Source: Candidatus Rokuibacteriota bacterium (GTDB taxonomy: Bacteria > Methylomirabilota > Methylomirabilia > Rokubacteriales > CSP1-6). From it: a stretch of 46,387 bases of DNA. This document shows positions 9,477 to 19,414 of the stretch, in pieces. The position numbers were made by a program, and so were the translations under genes. Under the pieces are notes generated by a model. It saw only the letters and a program-made list of their open reading frames with translations. It did no database searches and was not told the DNA's origin. Each line of letters opens with the position of its first letter. The stretch's first letter is position 1. The DNA lies in the NCBI GenBank assembly GCA_016184305.1, contig JACPCX010000125.1, positions 1 through 46,387 on the forward strand, in the 5' to 3' direction.

Positions 9477-10555
9477 GTCGATGCGGCCTCTCCGATATGC
9501 GATCTTACCGCGTCCAGGAACCGCTCGGCGATCGGCGTGGGCGTGAACTCCGCCGCGCGGCGGCGCCCCGCCTCGCCCAGCTCGCGCGCGCGCTCGGGTC
9601 GCCTCAGGAGGTCCGCCAGCGCCCGGGCCAGCGCCTCGGGGTCCCGGGGCGGCACCAGCACCCCCGTCTGCCCGTCCAGCACCACCTCCGGCACGGCGGC
9701 GGCGCGGCAGGCGACGACGGGGAGCCCCGCGGCCATGGCCTCGAGGAAGACGATGCCGAATCCTTCCTGGACGCTGGGGAGACAGAAGCAGTCGGCGTTG
9801 GCGTACTCCTCGGCCAGCCGCTCCCGCGAGATGTCGCCGAGCAGCGCCACCCCCTCCCCCAGGCCGAGCGCCCCGTGGAGCCGCATGAGCGCAGCACCCT
9901 CGGGACCCCGTCCCACGATGCGGATCCGCGCCGCGGGGATTCTCGACCGGAGCCACGCGGCGGCGTACAGCAGGTCGCCGATGCGCTTGCGCGGGTACTG
10001 GCGCGCGACGCAGAGCACGACCGGCCCCGCCCGCGGGCGCTGCCCTGCGCGGGCGAAGCGCGCGCGCCAGCCCTCGACATCGATGGCCTCCGGCACCACG
10101 GCAATCCGGGAGGCCGGGACGCCGTACTCCGCCCGCGCGACGCCGGCGGAGTAGTGGCTGGACAAGACGACCATGTCGGCGCGCTCGGTGTTTCGCCGCT
10201 CCCAGCGGGCCTGGATCCCGAGGAGCGCTCGGACCCAGCCCCGCTCGTTCTTCAGCTCGTCGGCGATGATCCCCTTCAGCGTCGCCACGAAGGGGATCCG
10301 GCGCCGCCGCGCCCAGAGAAATCCGTCGAGGTCATAGCCGACGACCAGGTGCGCGCCGCGGGGAGGGGACAGCGCCACGCCCAGGTTGTAGAGCCAGCGG
10401 TCGAGTGTATGGAAGCCGGTGCGGACCCGAAGGGGCCGGAGCTCCACCTCGTGGCCGAGAGCGCGGAGCCCCCGGGCCAAGGCATCGAGGCTGACGAACG
10501 TGCCGCTCCCCTCCAGCGGGTTGAACGGGGTCGAGGAGAGGACGGCGATGCGCAG
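9473..10555 (-). CDS. GT-B family 4 glycosyltransferase
   Basis: RK motif (YPRKRI), PS.QEGFGIVFLEAMAAGLPVV, EVV.DG.TG.LV; the frame extends upstream of TTG 10480 to CTG 10555 (LRIAVLSS), so the start is uncertain. Confidence 0.88.
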   Translation of the reverse strand: MRIAVLSSTPFNPLEGSGTFVSLDALARGLRALGHEVELRPLRVRTGFHTLDRWLYNLGVALSPPRGAHLVVGYDLDGFLWARRRRIPFVATLKGIIADELKNERGWVRALLGIQARWERRNTERADMVVLSSHYSAGVARAEYGVPASRIAVVPEAIDVEGWRARFARAGQRPRAGPVVLCVARQYPRKRIGDLLYAAAWLRSRIPAARIRIVGRGPEGAALMRLHGALGLGEGVALLGDISRERLAEEYANADCFCLPSVQEGFGIVFLEAMAAGLPVVACRAAAVPEVVLDGQTGVLVPPRDPEALARALADLLRRPERARELGEAGRRRAAEFTPTPIAERFLDAVRSHIGEAAST

Positions 10556-10558
10556 CGG

Positions 10559-11344
10559 CTACCGGCCCTGGAACCTCGGCGGCCGCTTCTCGAGGAAGGC
10601 CCGGGTGCCTTCCCGGTAGTCCTCGCTCTCGAACGTCTCGATGCCCAGACGTCGAAGCTCGGCCCGGTGAGCCTCGGTGAGTCCGTCGAAGATGGCGCGC
10701 ACCTGCGCCTTCGTGCCGCGCACGGACAGGGGCGCATTGGCGGCGACCGTCTTCAGGTACTCGTAGGTGGAGCGCTCCAGTTCGGCCACCGGCAGGAGAC
10801 GCTGGATGAATCCGATGCGCAGCGCCTCCTCGGCGTCCACCGTCCGCGCCGAGTAGAGGATGTCCTTGGTGTAGGCGGGTCCCACCAGGTCCACGAGCTG
10901 ATGCACGGCGTCGAGGCCGTAGATGATGGACAGCTTCGCCGCCGGGATGCCGAACCGGGAGCCGACGGCGGCGAAGCGGAGGTCGCAAGCCATGGCGATG
11001 GCCATGGCCCCCCCCATGCAGAACCCGAACACCATGGCCACGGTCGGCTTGGGGCAGAGACGGATGCCGGTGTAGGCGGCGTCGGTTTGCGTGCCGTACC
11101 TGAGCGCGGTCGCGGTGTCCTTCCGGTGCTCGGTGAACTCGGAGATGTCGGCGCCGGAGGCGAAGGCCTCGTGGCCCGCGCCGCGGTAGACGATGGCGCG
11201 GACGCTGTCGTCCTTGGCGAGCCCCTCCGTGACCCGCGCGATCTCCGACCACATGGCCAGGCTGATGGCATTGCGCATCTTGGGCCGGTTGAAGGTGACG
11301 GTGGCAATGCCGCCGTCATGCGTCACCAGGATGTGGTCGGTCAT
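10559..11344 (-). CDS. Enoyl-CoA hydratase/crotonase family protein
   Basis: NRP..RNA, AFASGADISEF, CMGGAMAIAMACDLR, DYREG..AF.EKR.P.F.G. Confidence 0.92.
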   Translation of the reverse strand: MTDHILVTHDGGIATVTFNRPKMRNAISLAMWSEIARVTEGLAKDDSVRAIVYRGAGHEAFASGADISEFTEHRKDTATALRYGTQTDAAYTGIRLCPKPTVAMVFGFCMGGAMAIAMACDLRFAAVGSRFGIPAAKLSIIYGLDAVHQLVDLVGPAYTKDILYSARTVDAEEALRIGFIQRLLPVAELERSTYEYLKTVAANAPLSVRGTKAQVRAIFDGLTEAHRAELRRLGIETFESEDYREGTRAFLEKRPPRFQGR

Positions 11345-12534
11345 GTGCGTCCTCCGGTGTACTGCTGCACGACGCCCGCCGCGATCAGGGCGTCGATGGA
11401 CTGCGTGTCGTAGCCGAGGCCCGCGAGGGTCTCGCGCGTGTGCTCCCCCGTCATCGGGGCGGCGTGCTCGACGCGGGCCGGCGTGCGCGAGAGATGCACC
11501 GGCAGCGCGAGCACCTTGTGCGGGCCCCAGGTCGCGTTGGCCGCCTCCTGCACGAGCCCGGCCATCTTCACCTGGGGATCGGCGAAGACCTGGTCCACCG
11601 TGTAGATGGGGCCGCACGCCACGCCCGCCCGGTTCAGCGCCTCCACCCACTCGGCGGCGGGCCGCGTGCTCAGCACCTGCTCCAGGATCGCGTCCATCGC
11701 CGCGCGGTTCTTCACCCGGGTCAGCGCCCCGGCGAAGCGCGGGTCGTCCACGAGCTCAGGAAGCCCCAGCGCCTCGCAGCAGCGCTTCCACATGTCGTCG
11801 TTGCCCACGGCCAGGTTGAAGTAGCCGTCCTTCCCCCGGTACACGCCCATGGGCGCGGTGAGCGGGTGATGGTTGCCCACGGGCGGCGGCACCTCGCCGG
11901 TGTTCACGTACTTCGCCGCCTGGAAGGAGAGGCTGCCCGCCAGCGCCTCGAGCAGCGAGGTCTCCACCCGCTGCCCGCGCCCCGACTGCTCGCGCTCCAC
12001 CAGCGCCACGAGAATGCCCAGCGCCGCGAAATATCCCGCGAGCAGATCGCCGATGGGAATCCCGACGCGGAGCGGCGCCGTCTCGGCCGTGCCCGTGAGC
12101 CACATGAGCCCCGACATGCCCTGCACGATCTGGTCGTAGCCCGGCCGCTCGCGGTACGGGCCCTCCTGACCGAAGCCCGAGATACTCGCATAGACGAGCC
12201 GCGGGTTTTCCCGCGAGAGTGTCTCGTAGTCGATGCCGAGCCGGTGCTTGACATCGGGGCGGTAGTTCTCCACCACGACATCGGCCCGCCCCGCGAGCCG
12301 CTTCAGGACCTCCACGCCGCGCGGGTCCTGGAGGTTCACGGCCACGCTCCTCTTGTTGCGGTGGAGATCCGCCGCGTCGAAGAAGACGCGCTCGCGCCCC
12401 TCGCCGCCCGGCCGCTCCACCCGCAGCACGTCGGCGCCGAAGTCGGCCAGGATCTTGGTGCAGGTGGGGCCCGACCGGACCGTGGTGAGATCCACGACGG
12501 CGAAGCGGGCCAGGGGTCGGGGTGTGTCGCTCAC
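11341..12534 (-). CDS. Family III CoA-transferase (CaiB/BaiF)
   Basis: LADFGADV..VE, HRNKRSV, ENYRP, SISGFGQ.GPY..RPGYD, GNHHP, APM.GEHT. Confidence 0.93.
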   Translation of the reverse strand: MSDTPRPLARFAVVDLTTVRSGPTCTKILADFGADVLRVERPGGEGRERVFFDAADLHRNKRSVAVNLQDPRGVEVLKRLAGRADVVVENYRPDVKHRLGIDYETLSRENPRLVYASISGFGQEGPYRERPGYDQIVQGMSGLMWLTGTAETAPLRVGIPIGDLLAGYFAALGILVALVEREQSGRGQRVETSLLEALAGSLSFQAAKYVNTGEVPPPVGNHHPLTAPMGVYRGKDGYFNLAVGNDDMWKRCCEALGLPELVDDPRFAGALTRVKNRAAMDAILEQVLSTRPAAEWVEALNRAGVACGPIYTVDQVFADPQVKMAGLVQEAANATWGPHKVLALPVHLSRTPARVEHAAPMTGEHTRETLAGLGYDTQSIDALIAAGVVQQYTGGRT

Positions 12535-12601
12535 GGGAGCCTCAGTGTACCCGCGGCGAAGCGGCGATTCAAGGAGGCCGGGCCGCGCGACGGGGAGAGC
12601 G

Positions 12602-12677
12602 TGGTGGCGGCGGGAGGACTCGAACCTCCGACACGGGGCTTATGAGACCCCTGCTCTGCCACCTGAGCTACGCCGCC
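12602..12677 (-). tRNA. tRNA-Met (CAT), probably elongator
   Basis: GGCGGCG/CGCCGCC acceptor stem with encoded ACCA, D arm GCTC/GAGC, anticodon loop CTCATAA, T loop TTCGAGT; 76 nt; G1-C72 paired so not initiator type. Confidence 0.93.
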
Positions 12678-13006
12678 ATGCCTGGTAGAGCAGGTACTTG
12701 GCCCAGGGAGTGTACCTCAAGAGCCGGCGCCCCTGCCCGGGAATGTGCCCGCCAGCCTCCGCGCCACGCGCTGCGGCTTGCCGGAGTCCACGATGTGGGT
12801 GGGGCCGTTCTCGTGGGGCGTTCCCAGGTCACACCCAGCTTGGTATCGACGACTTGGCCCGCTGACCGAGTCGGCGGGGTCGGGGATTGTCCCTACTCAC
12901 AGCAATCAGAGCAGGATGTTCTATTGACGAGGGCCATGGTTCTTGCTAGGGAAGGAACCAATATCTCCTCACCCGAAGTTCTATGCGCCCGCGCGAGGGA
13001 GGCCCG

Positions 13007-14081
13007 ATGGCGGCTGGGCCCGGGAGTGGCAGTCGTCGTGGGGTTCGGAAGTCGGGGTGGTTGAGCGGGCGCGGGCCGCGCATCCCAGGCCTCCTCTTCG
13101 CGGTCGCCCTCTGGTCCCACCTCCTGACTGGCTACGCCCTCGGGAACGACCCTCAACCCCCTGACCGCGACCCGGTCCGCCAGATCTCCAGCTCCGCCGC
13201 TCCCGAAGGCCGCGGGTCCACTTCTGTGCCTGAGCGGCTGGTCGTTCGATTCGATCGGGGGCGCCTGTGGGTCAAGTCGCAGGGAGCCTCGCTCAAGGAG
13301 ATCGCCGAGGCCATCAGCCGCCAGGCGGGCATCAACATCACCCTCAGCGGGGCACTCGAACGCATTCCCGTGGCCGTTGACGTCTCCGGGAGCGACCTGG
13401 AGACGGGGCTGCGGCAGATCCTCCGCGAAGCCGGCGTCCAGAATCACGCGTGGGTCTACCGCCCGGACCCCTCCCCGCTCCGACCTGGCTCCTGGGCGAT
13501 CGAGCAACTGCGAATCGAGGCGGCAGGGTCAAGCACCGGCCAGGGTGGGCCGTCCGCGGAAAAGAGGCAAGACGACGAGGCCGTGGCGGCCCCGCCGAAC
13601 GCTGGCCTGCCCGCAGCTACCGCCGGCAAGGGCGGCCCCAAGCGGGAGAGCTACTTCGATCCCCGAGCGGGGCGCTTCGTCGATGTCGCCGCCCGCGAGG
13701 TGCTGGTCCGGTTCAGGAAGGACATGTCCGACGCGGAGATCGAGCAGGTGATCCGCGGCTTCTCCGCGCAGGTGATTCGAAGGTACCCGAGGCTCGGACT
13801 GTACCGGCTACGCCTGCCAGACACCGAATCGGTGTCGAACTTCATCCAGAAGACCCAGGGCCACCCGGACCTCATCCGCGTGGAGCCCAACCCGCTGGCC
13901 ACGACCATGGCCAACGAGGTGACGCCGAACGACCCGCTCTTCGCGGGACAGTGGGCGTTGCGAAAGATCGAGGCGCCGAAGGCCTGGGCCATCACCACGG
14001 GCAGGCCCGAGGTCATCGTCGCCGTCATAGACACAGGCATCGACCAGAACCATGTGGACCTGGCTGGCCAAGTCCTCCCCC
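13007..14081 (+). pseudogene. Truncated S8 subtilase: N-terminal domain, propeptide and start of the catalytic domain only
   Basis: Signal-like N-terminus, EVLVRF propeptide, VEPN, PNDPLF..QWAL.KI.A..AW.IT.G...VIVAVIDTGID..H.DL; catalytic His and Ser absent, sequence switches to IS481 DNA near 14082. Confidence 0.8.
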
Positions 14082-14296
14082 GCGAACCTCGACGACTGGC
14101 TGCGGGAGTACAACGAGGTGCGGCCGCACCAGGGGCGGTGGTGCTATGGCAAGACGCCGCTGCAGACCTTCCTGGACAGCGTGCCGGTGGCGAGAGAGAA
14201 GCGCCTGGCGGTCGCGTGAGGGACAACGACAGTGAACCACGGTCGGACACCGAGGAGCCGGCGACGTGTCTGTCAGACGGAGCCTTGAGTTCTGCA
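14082..14296 (+). mobile_element. IS481-family remnant: transposase C-terminus plus probable right end
   Basis: 14082-14219 reads ANLDDWLREYNEVRPHQGRWCYGKTPLQTFLDSVPVAREKRLAVA*, typical of IS481 transposase C-termini; followed by TGTCAGACGGAGCCTTGAGTTCTGCA resembling an IS481 terminal repeat. Confidence 0.75.
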
Positions 14297-14301
14297 AAGT
14301 G

Positions 14302-17300
14302 ATGGGTTCTCGCCGATGGCGAGCCGCTCGCCTTGGCGGGTTAGTCTGGCTCGCTAGTCTGACAGCGATTCTCGTAGGCCCTCCGGGCACCATCCCGGCC
14401 TGGGGGCAGGCCAAGGGGCTCGAAGGCGCTGCCGTGGCTGATCCTCAGGTGCAGACTTTTCCCCGCCCCTCTCAGGGACCGGGCAAGGCCCCGGCGAATC
14501 TACGGCTCTTTGGTGGCAGCAAGGCCACGCGGAGCCTGATCCTCACGGACCCGGCCGGGGCCGCCAGGGGCTTGAGAGAACAGGCAATTCGTGAAGGGTT
14601 GGACCTGTATGCCGTTCGTCCTGCCCCACCTTCGGACTTCGTCATCCACGCTCCCTCCGGGGGATTTGTGCCAACCGCCCACGTGCATGACGTCGCGACC
14701 GCGGAAATGACTGAGCGCCGCGAAGCCCCGGGCGGGCTATTCCCACACCTTGTCCAGTTTGCCCGTCCGCTATCGATCGACGAAGCCTTGTCCTTGCTCG
14801 AATTGGGGGCTAGGCCGTTCGACTTTCTCGACAATCAGACCTCGATCTATCTCCTTGAATCACACGTGGCGGCAGTCGTGGGCGCTTTTCCATTCGTTCG
14901 CTGGGTTGGAGCGTGGCGGCCTGAATACAAGCACCCGCCATCGCTGCCCGCACTACTGGGCGAAGGCACAACTAGCGTGTATGTGAGACCTCTGGGGCCT
15001 CCGGAGCCAGAATACCTAGGGGACTTAACTGCGCTTGGGTTCAACGCCTCCCTGATTGGCACAGCTGGACTCTATCATGTCCCTGGTGTTGACAAGACTT
15101 CGATTGCGCGGAGTTCTGAACTGTGGTGGGTCCGGAGCATCACGCCAGTCCCGGTGGAGACCCCCCTCGGGACGATCAACTTCGATGCAATGGACAGCCG
15201 ATCATTCCTGCTCTCTCAGCGGCTTTTCGACCTGGATTACCGAGGACAAGGCGTCACAGTGGGAGTAAGGGATGACGGTGTGCAGTCCAACCATCGGGAC
15301 TTGTCTGGGAAATTCCATGCCTCAAGCCAACTGAGCCAGGTCCGTGATCACGGGACCCACGTCACGGGAATCGTTGTAGGGGCGGGCATTGAGAGCGCGG
15401 GCGGCATACGTGGCGTGGCGCCTTCCAGCAACGTGCTTTTCCGAAGAAACTGCGATTTCATATCGTGGGGATTTTGCATTTTCCCTGGTGGAGTGGCCGC
15501 CGATCTCGATCTCTTCGAGACCACTGGCGTGCGAATCTCGAATCATTCGTATTGTTTCGGCTCCGGCCCATGCTCGACCAACTACTCTGGTGCAAGCGCA
15601 TTCGACCAGTACGCTGACGATTATGGGCACTTGTTGGTTGTCGCCGCGGGCAATGATGGACCCAGTACGCTGACTGTTGGCGATCCCGCGGTCGGAAAGA
15701 ACGTTCTCGCGGTTGGGGCGATCTCATACACGCTTGATGGAGCGAGTGGTTTTGGGCGAGCGACAGACTACTCGAGCCGGGGTCCAACTAGTGGATCCTA
15801 TAGACGACTCAAGCCGGACATCGTCGCGCCCGGCGGTGACGAGACCGCGGATTTTTCCGATCCCTTCTATATGTATGGCGTAGTCGCGCCGAACGGTGGA
15901 GCAGGCGACATACCCACCGACAACGTCTGGCCCGAGTATTCCCCGGACTACATCCGGGCCTACGGAACAAGCATGGCGGCACCGCACGTAACCGGAGCGG
16001 TCGCGTTACTCCGCCAGTGGAGTCCACCGTCCTCGTCGTCACCCGAAGCCCTCAAGGCCCAGATCATCGCCCATGCCATTCCACTCAAAGGAAACAGTTC
16101 AACGCCGCTCAATGGGTATGCCAATACGACGTACGGCTACGGCCTAGTCAACCCATACGGCATAATGAAAAAGATCGACTCTGAATGGCGGACGGTGCTC
16201 TTTGGTGCGGGAACACTAACCGGATCAGACCGAGAAGATGTCTGGTCGGTCACGGTCCCCAGCGGAGCCAGGAAGCTTGTTGTCGCGCTCGCGTACAACG
16301 ACACGGAGGGCTCAAGCGGTGATCTGGCCGACGATGTCGATTTCAAAGTCGAGTCGCCGTCAGGGACGAAATACTGCTCAGACGCCGACGGCAACTCAGG
16401 ATGGACTGATTGCACTAGGAGTCCATGGCCATCGGGCGTGAATACCGAGAGTCCCGTTGAGAAGCTTGTAGTCGAGAATCCTAGTTCGGGCAGTTGGGCA
16501 GTTCGTGTGAGGTTTACAGCATGGCCGTGGTGGTGCGTCTGGCCGTGTGTTCCGACACAGGTCTATGGCATTGTCGGGCTGGTCATCCTTCAGGAACCGG
16601 TTATCGCCCTGGAAATGGCGGAACCCTCCTTTCAGGTCCCGACTGGAACGCCTCTCAACGTCCCCGTAACTGTTCGGAACACGGGAGGCTATATCGTTCC
16701 TGCCGTGGGAGTGTCTGTCGACGGCACTGAGGTCAAGAAATTCGCGGGAAACTTGGTCGGCCGCAACGACTCCAAGCCTCTGACGCTGACGCTGCCGGCG
16801 CACGCCGTCCCGGGCCTCTATTCATACAGGGTTAGGGTTCTTGGCGTGAACCGAGGCTTGAGCGATGCCACCGGAGCAACGGGACGACCGCCATCGGGGT
16901 CGGCGGCTCGACCCCCGAGAGCACCGTCGTCCTCAAGGGCACCGTCAGCGACCCCAACAGCGGCCAGACCGTCAAGCTCCAGGTCGAGGTCCGCCCCCTC
17001 GGCACCGCGTTCAGCAACACCATGACCCACGAGAGCGGGCTCGTGAGCAGCGGGAGCCTGGCCAGCGTGACCGCGCCTGCCCTGGCCAACGGCAGCTACC
17101 ACTGGCAGGCCCGCGCCGTCGACAGCCTTGGCTTGCCCGGTGCCTGGACCGCGTTCGGCGGCAATGCCGAGAGCGCCGCCGACTTCACCGTCAGCGTGCC
17201 TCCCACCGTTAACATCGTCGCCACGAGCCCCATCGCGACGGAGACAGGGTCGAAAACTGGAACCTTCCTGGTGAGTCGCACTCCCGCGAGCTCGGCCGCC

Positions 17301-17846
17301 TTGACGGTGTTCTACGGCGCGGGAGGAACGGCCGCGCCGGGCGTTGACTACGTCGCGCTCCCGGGCAGCGCCCTCATCCCGGCGGGGGCGAGCTCGGTGG
17401 CCATTCCGGTGACCCTGATCGGCGATAGCGTGTTCGAGCGCAACGAGACGATCGTCGTCACGCTGATCGCGAATGCCGCCTACGTCGTCGGGACGCCGAG
17501 CAGCGCCACGGTGACCATCGTCAGCGATGACTTCAGCGAGCCGACGCTGAGCCCCCAGGCGACCCCGATCAAGGCGATGCACTTCACCGAGCTGCGAAAC
17601 GCCATCGACGATGCCCGGACGCGTCACGGCCTCGGGGCCTTTGGCTGGACCAATGCGCCGATCGTTCCAGGAAGCACGCCGGTGAAGGCCCTGCATCTCA
17701 CCGAGCTGCGCACGGCGCTGACCCAGGCGTACCTGGTCGCGGGAAAGCCGGCGCCCAGCTATGCCGAGGCGATCGTCGTCGGGGGAACGATGATCAAGGC
17801 GAGCCATCTGAGCGAGTTGCGCGCGCTCGTCCAGAACCTCGGGTGA
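14302..17846 (+). CDS. Secreted S8 subtilase (KP-43-like catalytic domain and beta-barrel) with Calx-beta-like domain and C-terminal triple repeat; frame break near 16874
   Basis: Signal peptide; triad VGVRDDG, DHGTHVTG, GTSMAAPHVTGA; KPDIVAPG; after ~16875 a plausible protein continues in the 17022-17846 frame (SNGTTAIGVGG...GTA..GVDY...D.V.E.NETIVVTL). Confidence 0.78.
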
Positions 17847-18071
17847 AGTCGAACAGGGTCCCGCCGGCCGCCTGTGGCAATATCGTCTCAAGGCGCGTGT
17901 AGACGTGCGTGAAGACGGTGCAGTCGTGCACGGAGCCGAGCGAAGCGGCGCTTTCGTCAAGGCGCCGGGGGCGGCAGGGGCCATCGGAGACTGTGGCGTG
18001 AATACGGTCAACCCGGTGCCAGCGAAATCGGGGCGGTACCCGCGCGGGCGCTGGAACAGGGAGGTACGGAC

Positions 18072-19295
18072 ATGAAAGGGTTACTCGCGATGGGCCGGAA
18101 GTGGTGGGTGCTGGCCGCCCTGGCTTCCCTCGTGCTGGCCTGTCCCGCGGCCGGCTGGGCGCAGAACACCTTCCCGGGCAGCGGCAATGTGGGGATCGGG
18201 ACGACGAGCCCGGGTCAGCCGCTGACCATCGCCGACACCACCCCGGCGATCCGGCTGGACCACGCCGGGACCTCGAGCGGGGCCTTCGACATCCAGGTCT
18301 CCGACAACGGCTCCTCCCCGGTGCTGGACGTCCTCGACGCGGGGTCAGCCGACGTCCTGCTGAGGATCCTGAGGTCCTCAGGCCGGGTGGGGATCGGCAC
18401 GACGAGCCCGGGCCGGAAGCTGACGGTCGCGGGCAGCGCCCCCGCGCTCCGGCTGGACCATGTCGGGACGCGGAGCGGGGCCTTCGACATCGAGGTTTCC
18501 GACAACGGCGCCTCCCCGGTGCTGGACGTCGTCAACGCGGGCTCCGGCGACGTGCTGCTCAGGGTCGTGCGGGCGTCGGGCAACGTCGGGATCGGGACCG
18601 AGACTCCGACGAGCGCCCGCCTGCAGGTCGATTCCTCGGCGAATACCCCGACTTTCGCGGCCATCGCCAGTAAGGACAGCGGGTACGCGGGGACGGTGAT
18701 CCGCGGGGTCGCCGCGCGCGGGGGCGACAGCGAGTACTACCTGATGAGCCTGGAGAACGGGGGCGGCGCCGGCTCTCTGTTCGTGGTCCGGGGAGACGGC
18801 CGCGTCGGGATCGGGACCACCGCCCCGTCGGCGAAGCTGCACGTGGCGGGCGACGCCCAGGTGGACGGGAACATCGCGGCCAAGTACCAGGATATCGCTG
18901 AGTGGGTGCGGACAGGCGAGCGCCTGCCCGGGGGCGCGGTGGTGGCCATCGACGAGACGCAACCGAACCGGGTCGTGCTCGCCTCCCGTCCCTACGACAC
19001 GCGGGTGGCGGGCGTCGTCTCGGAGCGCCCCGGCGTGCTCCTCGGCGAGGCCGCGGAGGACAAGGCGAAGGTGGCCCACAGCGGGCGCGTGAAGGTGAAG
19101 GTGGATGCCCGGTACGGCGCGGTGGCGATCGGCGATCTGCTCGTGACGAGCCCGACGGCTGGCCATGCCATGCGCTCGGCGCCCGTGGACCTGGGGGGGA
19201 TGCAGGTGCACCGGCCCGGCACGCTCCTGGGCAAGGCGCTGGAGCCACTCCCCGAGGGCCAGGGGGAGATTCTCGTCCTGCTCATGCTGCAGTAG
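18072..19295 (+). CDS. Secreted tail-fibre/tailspike-like protein with GxVGIGT repeats and C-terminal intramolecular-chaperone-like domain
   Basis: GGAGG RBS, signal peptide ending AGWA-Q, four G[NR]VGIGT motifs, C-terminal YQDIAEW...GVVS..PG...GRV.VKV...GDLLVTS...G..LGKALE. Confidence 0.75.
   Translation: MKGLLAMGRKWWVLAALASLVLACPAAGWAQNTFPGSGNVGIGTTSPGQPLTIADTTPAIRLDHAGTSSGAFDIQVSDNGSSPVLDVLDAGSADVLLRILRSSGRVGIGTTSPGRKLTVAGSAPALRLDHVGTRSGAFDIEVSDNGASPVLDVVNAGSGDVLLRVVRASGNVGIGTETPTSARLQVDSSANTPTFAAIASKDSGYAGTVIRGVAARGGDSEYYLMSLENGGGAGSLFVVRGDGRVGIGTTAPSAKLHVAGDAQVDGNIAAKYQDIAEWVRTGERLPGGAVVAIDETQPNRVVLASRPYDTRVAGVVSERPGVLLGEAAEDKAKVAHSGRVKVKVDARYGAVAIGDLLVTSPTAGHAMRSAPVDLGGMQVHRPGTLLGKALEPLPEGQGEILVLLMLQ
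18183..18578 (+). repeat. Two tandem 198-bp (66-aa) intragenic repeats
   Basis: GNVGIGTTSP...SGAFDIQVSDNGSSPVLDV...LLRILRSS and GRVGIGTTSP...SGAFDIEVSDNGASPVLDV...LLRVVRAS. Confidence 0.9.
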
Positions 19296-19319
19296 ACGGA
19301 CCGGCGAGGCGGGCGCGGC

Positions 19320-19345
19320 CCCGGGCGGGTCCGGGCCCGCCCGGG
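19320..19345 (+). terminator. GC-rich hairpin after the fibre gene
   Basis: CCCGGGCGGG-TCCGGG-CCCGCCCGGG 10-bp stem; no U-tract. Confidence 0.4.
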
Positions 19346-19414
19346 TGGAAGGGCTTCCCGGCTGCTACTATCGGGGGGGAGGCCTTCCATGAGCGAGCCC
19401 GCTCGGGGCAAGCG

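Noticed and set aside
12602..12677. tRNA(CAT) as the tRNA-Ile2 substrate of the nearby TilS
   Set aside because: The acceptor stem GGCGGCG looks like elongator tRNA-Met rather than Ile2, and tilS is 7 kb away; not fully excluded without a covariance-model classification
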